Below are positions 52,940-64,000 of a DNA stretch of 64,000 bases, piece by piece. Position 1 is the stretch's first letter. Each line of letters begins with the position of its first letter. Origin of the DNA: Tubiluchus corallicola (Eukaryota; Animalia; Priapulida); assembly GCA_030141605.1 (NCBI GenBank), contig JAQGDQ010000079.1, positions 310,001 to 374,000 of the forward strand, written 5' to 3'. Both the position numbers and the translations under genes were made by a program. The notes under the pieces are model-generated. The model worked only from the letters and a program-made list of their open reading frames with translations, was not told where the DNA came from and did no database searches.

Positions 52940-55900
52940 AATTTAAGAGCAGCGCGAACTCCAAGGAAACTTAATGTTAGGCATCAAGCACAGAGTATGT
53001 ATCAAATATTGGAGGTTTGTTGTAATTAAGCATCTAATTGTATCTAAGCCGCATTAGGCCAAACATACTTAAGTGATAAGCACATTGTCATCTTCGAATT
53101 GGAATTGTTTAAGGGCCCGAGGTAGGAGTCGAAACAGAGATAGCAACCAAAATTACGGCATTGTTGTTCAATCACACATGAGTAAACCGCATAGGATTAG
53201 GAACACTCACGTGATAATTAGTTGTGAGTACAGTGCACGCAGGCTAGTCGCATTTAAGCTTAATAATTTACAAGTACTGACAAGAGTTAACCGCACTCGA
53301 CCAGGTATAGTCGGATATAAATATGATCACAGCGTTGCGTTCGTGAATTTGGATCTGAATTCATTCAGCCTTGTTAACACTGTGGCTTAATAAGCAATAC
53401 ACATGTAAATTTTGAAAAAAAGTGAATGATTACAATATGTGTAACACATTTAACAAGTGCAATTCTGTGTTCGTAATGTCATAGCAAGGTTTGTTGTCAG
53501 CAAGACATTTAAGAATTCTACGTAAATGTTTTAGAGGTCTATAGGTATTTACCTGATTTACGAATTTGCTTTTAATGGAATCAATTTCCTGTTCCCTGGT
53601 ATCTAACTCGCGCCTGAGTTCTTGCCTGAGTGCTTCATTTGTATCTTCAAGTTTCATTTTATTCTGTAAGATCACCGGACAATATTTGTTAGACAAAAAA
53701 AATGTATAGACAACAAATTAATAGCGTAAAATAAAGTTATTGGCATTGGCAGTTTCTTAAAATCAATAGCAGAACATTAATATTTTATTAGTCAACGTTC
53801 TTACAACAGTTTATTAGGAAACTTTTCACCTGTTGGAGCTGATCAATCATGTGCATTTTGTCGTGTAGATCTTCCAACTGTTCTTCCAGTGTTGCTTGTA
53901 TGTGTTGCTTTTCTCTCCTGGCTTTCATTAACTGCAATTATTTATCAGTTCATTCTGTGATAACTTAATTGAATTTTCATTTCTTATGATTTACTTTAGG
54001 TGAACCGGGTTTTGGAGTGGAAAGGTAAAGCAAGAATAATTTAACTGTGGTAATAACTAATCACTGGCAGATTCCATGCTGCCTCTACAGTCAAGAATTC
54101 CGTAGGAAAAAGCTCTGAGGAAATATATAAATATGGAACTGTTTTAGGTGTACAAACTTTATTCAAGTCAGTAATCTACAATCTAAGTTCATGTACGTTT
54201 ATTACGCTTATTAGTTCTTCACTCACAATTAGCAAGACATTTTTTGTATTTCGGTTTTGGTTGACGAATTAACGGTAAGGCTTACTTAACGGTTATGATA
54301 GGACTGAAACACTAGGATGATAACACTTTCAAGGATGATGCTCTAAGATGAGACGCAGAAGTTTCCTAGCAAACCTTGAAATCTTCGGAGCTTATACATC
54401 CTCCTTCTACAAGGCAAAATAAACCAGGGCAAAGTAGTAGGTGAAATCACCTAGAGTTATTATTTTTCTGGCAGTCACTCATTTATTTACGCAGTACACG
54501 GCAATTAACACATAGAACATAATTGCAACATAAGAGCTGCGCCCACATCGCAGATATTTTAAAGTAATCTGCATGGCTTCAGGAAGAAACTTATGTTACC
54601 TCCATCTCATCTGATTTATCATAACTGGCTTCCTCTAGTTCAGTTATTTGTGATTTGAGTCGGCGGATGTTATCTCCTAGGCTCGCGTTCTCTGTGGATA
54701 AATCCTGTAAATTCAGTGTACAGAGTTAAATTGCTTAAACCCAAACAACCACATGAAAAAAAAATGAACAAGAAACTGTGTGCAACCTGCTAAACAGCGG
54801 GTGAAAGAAAATAAGCCGGCAGCTGGTTATAAATAACTGCGTGAACAGGAACAGAGTGCACCCGGGAAAGTTGCACAAGTTTAAAATAGTAGAAACTGAC
54901 GCGAAAAACTGGAAAACCAGAAACACAGATCAGGTTTTCATGTCTTTTAAATTCTCGATGTGCGCATTATTGTCGGGTCTCTTTAACACTGAGAAGAAAT
55001 TGTAGTCGAAAAAAGCTGTCATATTCAGCAGTAATTCAGCATTCACAGACATATAGGCTCCATTTTGCGGATTTCTGCCAAACTAGCTTGCAAAAGCATG
55101 CCCGACACGGTGAACAAATTAATGCTTATTAATTATTTAGAAACAAACAAAAGTATTACTTAAAAAATGATAAAAACAAATTAAGCATTTTATTTAATTT
55201 AATTGATTTTATGGTTTAACCTAGTCTAGTAGTTCACTACGTATTGCATTATTAAAACTGCACTTTCCACTTAATTCATTTTACAACATTGAAAACTATA
55301 TTTTTATTAACGCTTAAACTATAAAACAAAAACTGAACAGCACGTAAACGCACAAAATTATATACATCGTGTGGTACATAAAAATGTGCCGTAGTTCAGA
55401 CTACAAGAATATTAGAAGCAAGTTACAGTTTTTAAGTTATAGCTAAAAAACTGGTACTTGTTAAAAAATAAATGCTGGAACATTGTCAGCTAATCATCGA
55501 TTGAAAAATAGCCGCGTTTGCGTATCAATGCATGACAGTAAAACAATAAAGAAATCAACACCATGGTTCTCACCATATAGACAAAGCACTGATAAAGATT
55601 TGTAATAAAAAAATAGGATTTAATCCTCTGCCATAGGGTATCTGGAATTCGTTAAAGAGAGTGTACAATGGCTATACAGAGCTGTTTGATGCTGAAGAAC
55701 TAGAAGCAAAAATTGATGAGTGCTGGGACCAAATACCCGTTAAAGAAATGAGCAACTGTGCCTGTTGTTGGAAGAAACGTTTTCCCACAGTGAAAGGTTT
55801 CTAGTTTACAGTGAAAATGGTGACACACAGAGCACTCGCCGTCAATTTTAACAATAGTGACACACAAAATTTTTCCGATATTTTTTCACATGTTGATTTA

Positions 55901-58165
55901 AACTTTTGTATCTTTGGAAGAATTTAAAGAAATGAACTAAGATTTGTGAAATTTATACATAAGCGTCTGTGTCGTCAACGTGGTAACTTTCAAGCGATTC
56001 CGTTATTTGCTTCTTGTGTCTGAACTCAGTTTACAAACAAAAAGCTAAGTTGTCAGTGTATAAAGTCAATAACAGAAAAGTATAGACGTAACATAATAGC
56101 AAAGACCGAAATGACGCATGTAAGAGTTAAGAAAATGTGAAAATAGAGCAATCTTGAGTGTGTCTTGACCTACTTACACTGATTTCCTTTTTTAAACGAA
56201 TTTTTTCATTCTCCAACATGTTTTTCTCTGACATGTATTTTTCCTTTTCCCATTGCTCAACTTTTACGAGTTCAGTTGATTTTGTTGCTTCCACCTCGAA
56301 TCTGAAAGCCAACAAAAATTCAGCAGTTTAAATTCATTCTGATATTAGTTTATTATCATAGCATCCTCAATAATAAGCAATGATATAATCACTATCTGGT
56401 ACACTTAAATGGATACAAAAAATAATTTGACTAGTTATTTTAGAAAAAAGTGAGTTTTGTTCTAAAGTTCAACTATATTTTTGCTAATCAGAAGGAATTC
56501 TAATTAAGTTTACGCTAACAACATAATAAATAGTTGTTACATAAGACTTGTTGATATTTAATTTAATTGTACACATATTTTCAAGTAACCAGGCTAGAAT
56601 AAATAAATGAGTTCAGAGCTAATGAAGTAATGAGAAATAAATGGGGTAAACTGTCAGAGTAAAAGTAACCATTACATTTTATACTGCAATTATATATTTT
56701 ATACGCAGTGGTCAGTCAATTTTCAGTGATGTCATTATTGATGATGTGGCTGTCTCTATTTTCATCCAATGCCAGTCGAAGAACTCACATTCGAAGACCA
56801 GTAAATACCAGAAATCCTTGTGATACACAAGGGTCAGTGATTTAAAATGTCAAAATGAGACAGAATAGTCAACAAGTGAGATTTACAGAGCACGTACTCA
56901 TATTAGTGTCAAAAAATCTTGCTCTGGGGGTGAAAATAAACTGACCGATAGCAAAAACATTCAAATGTTCATACGTAAAAAATAAATTATATTCTCTTCG
57001 CAGTTCACTGAAGTTGAACAAAATCTTACTTTTTGAGCTTGCGCTCCAGTTGATTATTCTGCTGAAGTTGTTTGTCTAATGATTCACGGAGTTCCGCCAC
57101 TTCTTCTTTCAGTTTTTGATTTTGTTCCCGAATCTTTTCAACTTTACCCTTCTGCAACCTAGCATCAGCTTCTTCATCAGCCAACTGTAAACAACATAAG
57201 CTGTCTAATGTATCACTGTAAAATATATGCCTAATTAGTATGCATGATATAAAATTATAAATTTACAGCAGCAAAAATGTAGAATTATTACTATAAATGT
57301 ATAAATGTAGAGGTCCATGCATAGAATTAATCATTTTTCTATTAGCGAGCAAATGAAATACAAGCGTTGGGTCACTTGTATCACGTCAGATTTATAAGCC
57401 TGTGATTACAAGTTACAACTGACACTGTAAGATGTTCAGTCGCTCTCTTGGATAACTTTCAGTTTTATAAAGGTACCCTGCGTCACTCCAACTGATAAAT
57501 GAAAGCTTGTGACTGTATTGTAGGACTTACGCGTCTTTCAACCTGCTTCTTGGCAGCAGTAAGAGCTTCAATTTCTTCTTCAAATCGTTTCATTTCCTGC
57601 TTCTTCCTGTTCTGTTCGGCTTCTTTCATTGTTCTCTCGTAGCGGTACTTGGCGAGATCTGAAAAGAATCCCACCGTTGATTATGACACAGCTGGTGTTA
57701 ATGTTAGGGTGGCATCCTGAAAAGCAAACGACGCCATCCATTGTCGAGAAAGACCAAGTTTTGGATTTTTGGAAACTGTTTCTTGTGCCATTATCGAAGG
57801 CTTCAATGGAAATGTATAGGGCAAAGCTTAATACGTGAGAGGAAAGATAGACGCATACCGAAAAAGTTCAGCAATGTTTCTAATATTCATGCCCTGGCAT
57901 ACTGCCTATTGGTTACCCGTTTTGTAAAGTAACCAGAGCGCATCTGCTGGGGTCACTAAGACCACCAGTAGCGCGGTCTGTCTGCAGTCTGAGGTAAAAA
58001 GACACGAAAATTCCCTAAGTCTAGGATTATAGGCCATCAACCATAGACGAAAATTCCTCGTAGTGTATGTGTTTCGCTCGTGAGTTGCTAAAGATAGAAG
58101 AACCTTACTAAAGATGATTCCATTACACATTAAACATGACATATCATATGTCATTATTTGTCGTC

Positions 58166-58225
<60 letters not shown>

Positions 58226-60892
58226 GACGGGAGAGAGAGAAGGGAAGGGAAGGGAAGTAAAGAAAGAGAAAGAGAGAAACCAAGAGAAGGAAGAAAGAGA
58301 AAAACTAGACAGGGACAGCCACAAAGCGGGTAAAAATATTCGAAAAGTTGTACGCGAGTAATGACGGCTACCCGAAAACTTTAGAATGTTTTGTCTTCCC
58401 TCTTGCATTAATACGCATTATGATTTCGAGGGTCAAGAGTTATGCAGCAAGGTTGGTTGCAACGCTTAATTAAGTTGGTATCCTCCGTAATGAATCAATT
58501 AATTAAGAATCGGCGTCTGCATCTCATTTCGGCATCAAGGTGTTTTCTGAGAAAGCAAGACCTCTAGACACCTGTGATGCAGATGGGCTTCATGTTATAG
58601 AAAGTCTAAGAAACCACTCGCGCTTTTTTCCCTATGAAAGATTCGATAGTGCTGGCAAGCATCTGGAGGCAATGTGAAACCTAATCTGGGGCAATAATCC
58701 TGCAATGCTACGGGAAGCCATGTAGAACAGAGTAATCCGTTACAGCAAGACGTTTGCCGTTGCGTAGATTCTGTTTAATATAAACCTCCAGAGAAAAACC
58801 TTTAAAAGAGGGAACTCAGGGCATTCTTTCACAGTAATGTCTATAAAACTGACTTATAATCGACCAAGAAAAAGAACTGGCAATGTTTGAAATTAAAATA
58901 ATCATAGCCACAAGTGTTAGCCTTTTATTGCTCTTTACGAATATGTGTAGGGGTTGCCTGCTGTTTAGCTTTATTAACATTAATTTATCACTTTTATACA
59001 CACGTGCAGTTTGCGTAAATAATGATTTTTGTTGTCGGCGACGCCAGCATTATAAACAGTGTTAGTATACAACAGTGTATTACGCATAAACCGGACGGCA
59101 TCTAGCGAGAAGAAAGGAGAAGCAATGTAATCTAGTTCCCTTTAAGCTCAAGCGTATGTTTTTATCATTTATAAGTTTCAGCATTAGGAATGAAGTCCAA
59201 TGAATAAGCATAAAAAGATAAACAGGTTGACTCTCGTTAAATGCGGAAATTAAAAGTAATTAAAATCACTATTCAAGTACATTGGCAATTGATCTTGCTA
59301 ACTGTTTTGAGTGTTCGAGATTATAGACCGATGGGGAACAAAGAAAACTTAGGTAAAATCTCTAGGATACAAAATTTGAATTTAAATCCCACCGTGGTAC
59401 GTATTTATATAGCATACATAATATAATAACGTCACGATAATTAACGATTAACCAATACAATGTCATCTCGCTGTTGCGACTTATTTTATTTTATCCTGTC
59501 AGGTTGTTTTAAGCAAGCTTATAAAAAACTACGTTAAAAATAATTTAAGCTCTTAAAATTTTACACAACTTCGTTCTTACCGTTGTCGTGCTCTTCATCC
59601 ATGCTTGACTCTCGCTCTACACTACGCAATTTCCGGACAGTGGGCTTAGTGTCAGTATCCGGGGTTTTTTTCTGCGGTCCAGTCATCTTTCTGGGGATTC
59701 TACGCTTTGATGACGTTTCAGTAGTGGCCTAAATGATAAAAAACTGTGATGAAAATTTATTAGAAGAATGGTTATGACTAACTAAATGATCGTCTCCGAT
59801 TGTCTGCCAGAAACAATGGTTTTAAATAAGTGTCCAGAGGCACAAACAAAAGGCCCAAAAATGGTGTGTAAAGTCCACTTGACAGATTAAAACCACAAAA
59901 TATATACCTAAGCATTTAATATGCACAAAATATAAACAAAATGTAGGAGAGGAAGAGGAAGAGGCGGATGGTGTACATCTAATAGTAGTAATAGTGGCAC
60001 TAGCAGTGGTATTAAGTGTGAATTAATTATGGTACCCATGTCCTACTATCTATTCTGTTTTTGATCAATAGTGCTTAACAAAACTTTAATCACACTGCTA
60101 ACAGGAAAAAAGTGAAATTTGATCCTGTGTAACAAGAATTGAACTCGAGGTATTAATACACCCGACTAAACGTTCGAATCATTAATATTGATTGGCTACA
60201 TTGACTGACATTAGTATCGAAAGTTAGGAGCTTTCGTTGAACTCAGAGCGCCAGATCGAACATGTAATAATAATAGCATTTTTCAACACGTCTGCACGTC
60301 ACATGAGCCAAAGCCTCTAACCAGCTTTAATCCTCTGGCCAGTAACAAATATCCTTAAGAAGAGACACAAAGCGCGTTTTTAATTCAATATCATGTTAAA
60401 TCGTTTCTTTTGCTAAATTCCTGTTCAATTTTGAACGTTGGACCTTCTCTTGTCGAAGAGTAGCAAAATTGCGCATTTGTCTTACCGACATTACAACTTC
60501 ATAGTCATTTCGGACCGTAGCAACAAAAAAGTAAATTGTGAAACTGGTCAGTGGACTATAAGCGTTTAATTGAGAGTGTGGATCCATGTGGTTCTCGCTA
60601 AGTATACAGTATTGATATTTTATTCAATTCCCTGCATTCAGCCTGAACCTCTAAATGTGGGTTTGATTTTCTTTATCATTCAAGCAATGTTGACATTAAA
60701 ATACATTAATTGAAACGAAGCTGGATCAAAAATATCATTTGGACTAGAAACAGCAATGTGTAAAGTGCTCACATTGTATACTTTGACATCTTCTTTCTTG
60801 CTGCCAGATTTTCCTTCGGGCTTTGTAGAACTTGCTTCGCTTGTGTCGCTATCAACCACTCCATTCACCTGTTTCTCATTCTCCGTCGACAT
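47695..60892 (-). CDS. Myosin-XVIII-like coiled-coil tail protein, ~938 aa, 16 exons, no motor domain seen in window
   Basis: Exons in transcript order: 60892-60773, 59728-59581, 57658-57531, 57184-57030, 56301-56178, 54704-54600, 53931-53830, 53663-53553, 52042-51929, 51616-51470, 50922-50809, 50605-50267, 49873-49746, 49484-49281, 48848-48151, 47774-47695; frame continuous. Segments KYRYER, IRDLENQLEEKQEEKQK, DVAKEKKLRRELRRVRALLKDSQ, LDEAEF, VMVNKMVV and LEAANEKQEQLSNELKLAQRRIEDLHKALQDE are colinear with the MYO18A tail as I remember it. The start codon is uncertain because the frame stays open to the acceptor at 60905. Confidence 0.8.
52853..52936 (+). repeat. (CA)n/(CACG)n microsatellite
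   Basis: Directly visible; it accounts for the spurious VCVCVC ORFs. Confidence 0.95.
55613..55835 (+). pseudogene. Tc1/mariner-type transposase C-terminal remnant
   Basis: Translates as GFNPLP*GIWNSLKRVYNG...ELEAKIDECWDQIPVKEMSNCACCWKKRF, resembling the DLNPLDY.IW..LK..VY...L...I...W..I motif, with an in-frame stop. Confidence 0.7.
58168..58315 (+). repeat. (GA)n microsatellite and purine-rich tract
   Basis: Directly visible; it accounts for the spurious ERERER and SLSLSL ORFs. Confidence 0.95.
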
Positions 60893-62895
60893 TGTACCTG
60901 ATGCCTGCAAAAAATCAATTTTTAAACAGATCTTCTGTAAATGTTAACACTGAAGATTGTTCTTTAGTAGAGCACATACCGTGAGCACTACCGTGAGTCA
61001 GGCTCTCGCCCCTAAAATAGCCTATTCTTTGGTTACCTGCCTCGAGACAGAAAGATAAACAGACATTAATCTGACACGACGTAAAAAATTGTCATTTTTT
61101 AATTTATAATGACATAATTCAAAAATCACACAATTTTACTCTAACTTGCTTAATTTTGATGCACCTCTCTTGCACCATGTCTGGGCACTATGCGCGTACA
61201 TTAAAATGAAGCTGCACTGAACACATGGTTCACCAGATGTGAGGTAACTTTATTTTTCTACTAAGCTTTAGTTTCATATTCTCAGTTCAGCATCCGCATT
61301 ATTTACGTTTCTTTGGTCTTTTGCACTAGACTGGCTTATTTTGCTTACTCAGCACAAACTGTCAGGTTTCAAAATGTAATGTTTACAAACAAAACTTGCA
61401 GGCGTTTCACAATTATTATATTTTATATATAGAAGAGGTGAACTCGAATACTCAACCAAAAAGAGAAATCAGATAGCAAGAGAGAGAGAGGGGGGAAGAC
61501 AGGATGTAAAGGGAAAAGGGAAAGAAGAGAGAGGTAAAGAATGAGAAAGGAGTGGGAGAGAAAAGAAAACAAATAACGAATTTATTGTTAAAACCTTAGC
61601 AAAGAATTCAGACATGCAGGATGAGAAAAGTTAAAATTTGTTTAATATTCATAAGCGACTAAGTTAAGTTTCAATTGTCGTTTGAAGTCCAAATAACTAT
61701 TTAGCTATCAGTTATCTATACATACCATCCGTTTATCCTTAGTCCTATATCTGTATCATAGATGCAGTGTTTTAATTCGTCTTACCTATCTGATAAAATT
61801 GCGGTTTAATCTTTTAAGTCTGCAGTTATAACAGTTTCTACGGTAGAAAATTGATAATGAACACGACTCAAGTTAAGAACCTAAACATTTGGTTTCAATA
61901 ACGAATCTGAAGCTTCATCAATGTTGCTAATAAAAATGGCTGTGATTGTAAAATGTGTCTGATTAAAAATTTGTTTCTCGGCCCTAACTCTTGCATACGT
62001 GTCAGAGCCTCCACCAATAGCAGCCCTAATTCTATATCCTCATGAGAAACTGCTTTCTCAATGCTTTAATTCAACCGTAAGTCTTCTTCTAACTAACCAA
62101 ATATAACAGATTAAAGAGTGTGCAAAAACTTTCCTTATAATCTAAAATATTTTTTAACTGTTACTCAGTTACCACATTTAGGTGGTGAGCATAAGCTTTG
62201 ACATGTAAAAGGAAAGTGAAGACACAAAACTCTACATTTTTGCGTTATTAATCAGATGTTTAAATACAGAAAGAAGTTGTCTAATTAGGCAGCGTAACGT
62301 AATTGTGAGTCACCGGTGGCACAGATTCAGTTTCAGAACATGTCTCAAGTCACACTTCCACTTAGCGCATCTGGAATTGCGTGGCTTCGCTTTTGCCCGA
62401 AAAGAAGAGCGACGTTCGCAGTATGAGAGTTAGAAGAGGAAGCAGAATCATGCAACGACAGAGTCATGCAGATCTTCATCGTAGGTTAATCGTTTTGATT
62501 TTTGTGTCCTCTGTATTGTTGTGCCCTCTCCATGCGCATTGCGCAATACCATAGTTTATTGTGACCAAGAAGTAGATATGCAGGATATTGTAATAAAATG
62601 CGATGTGCTGCAAGGAGCCTTTTTGCTTTACTTTTTCTTATCTATATTAATGACTTATCTGTTAAAGACGCTAGGCCTGGAATCATAACAATTGTTATGT
62701 ACGAAAAGAGCACCTCACGTCTCAAACTGTGCAATGTTTCCTACATACAATATGCTTGGTTTGCAAGAGAGAAATTATGTAGAACAAAACTCTTCGTAGC
62801 TAGCGCGAAGGAATTGTATTTATCTTAAGTTCAAGGTTGCTTAAATCTGGCTACTTAAATAATGAGAGAATTGAGAAATGAATTAAGCCGATGTA

Positions 62896-63111
62896 AAAAA
62901 TAAAAAGAAGTCCGATTAAGCCTGTTTCTCATATTCAAGTCCAGGCTTATTCCCAAAGTTTTCACGTTTTATTAGAATTTCACACAATTATTTATTATTA
63001 CTGAAAAATAAAAAGAAGTCCGATTAAGCCTGTTTCTCATATTCAAGTCCAGGCTTATTCCCAAAGTTTTCACGTTTTATTAGAATTTCACACAATTATT
63101 TATTATTACTG
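62896..63111 (+). repeat. Perfect tandem duplication, 2 x 108 bp
   Basis: AAAAATAAAAAGAAGTCCGATTAAGCC...ATTTATTATTACTG at 62896-63003 and 63004-63111. Confidence 0.95.
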
Positions 63112-64000
63112 ATGTCACTATGAAGTTCTGCAAACTTCATACAGCAAATAATCACCTTTAGATTATTCTAGATTTACAGTGTTAAAAAAGTAAACAGAGC
63201 AAGTTAGTCAACGTGAGCAATGTACTGCCTAGATATGCCGAATGGATGGAGCAACTACTTGAATTGAATTGGCCCACCTTGACCATAAAAGACTGTGAAA
63301 TTTAGTGTGAGGATCTGGGTTTCAGTTTTAAAACTAAAGTCTTCCTCATTTCCCTTGTTTGGTATTTGTTTCAAAAGTTTAAGAAGAATTGTGTTACTCC
63401 CTGATTTAAACAGGCATGTTACTTCAGGTAATTTAAAAGAAATTAATAAAACAATATCTTTAGCAGAAAAATTTAATGCTTATGCCACATGTGAATTGCT
63501 TGCCCCACTGAAAGAGATGGATGTCAAAGTTGACGTCACAAGCAAGCCAAAATTCCAACTCTATAATTGCGGCTTGTAGTCGTGTTTCATTTTGGTTTGT
63601 TTGTTCTGCTGCTCGGTAAAAAGTTAAAACTATTTGGCATAAACTCATAAAGTGGCAAGCGAGTCAGTGTCGTTATACCATGCTAAATAAACTTACAGAC
63701 GCTGTTTTTTGGCTTACTATTGACAGACAACAACGGGGTGTCTTCTGTTTCTCTTGTGAAAGTTTAATATACAGTATAATAATTTTAAAAATGGATGTAT
63801 TTTTCCGTACAGTAAAAGCAGCTGGAGTTCGCAAAGATTGAATCTGGATAACTTAGTTTTTTACCATTCTCCGTGGGTAACGTTGTAACAGATGATATTA
63901 ATGATTGCTAGTAGTTTAAGCAAACGATATAGATCATGCAAGATATATATTTATAAAAAGTTTCCTGACGATTCAAGGGATATTGAAGCAGCTATGATCT

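Noticed and set aside
58400-58800. More GC-balanced intronic block suspected to be a SINE core or conserved non-coding element
   Set aside because: No Pol III A/B boxes, ORF or family motif that I can identify.

Overview
This is AT-rich genomic DNA with spliceosomal introns from a bilaterian invertebrate; the exact taxon cannot be determined from the sequence. It contains, in order: (1) the 5' part of an apparently intact BEL/Pao LTR retrotransposon on the - strand (LTR 4225-4444, tRNA-iMet-type PBS, gag-pol ORF open from 4083 to the window edge), probably inside an intron of (2) an oxysterol-binding protein ORP5/8 gene (+, 17 exons traced, 5' end outside the window); (3) a single-exon GT11 alpha-1,2-fucosyltransferase with a very long Q/S/N-rich stem (-); (4) PRMT1 with an intron-free CDS (-); (5) a 3-exon 5-hydroxyisourate hydrolase (+) whose first intron holds a hAT-like element containing a solo LTR and a second hAT-like element; (6) a repeat-rich spacer with a foldback-like inverted array; (7) an achatin-type neuropeptide precursor (+) encoding GFGN x6, GYFN x2 and GFFN x2, with a readable CRE/CCAAT/TATA promoter; (8) a 16-exon gene (-) encoding a divergent myosin-XVIII-like coiled-coil tail with no visible motor domain and a novel C-terminal extension. 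No rRNA, tRNA or CRISPR array was seen. All exon structures were traced by eye from splice signals and reading-frame continuity; homology calls are from remembered family motifs, not database searches.
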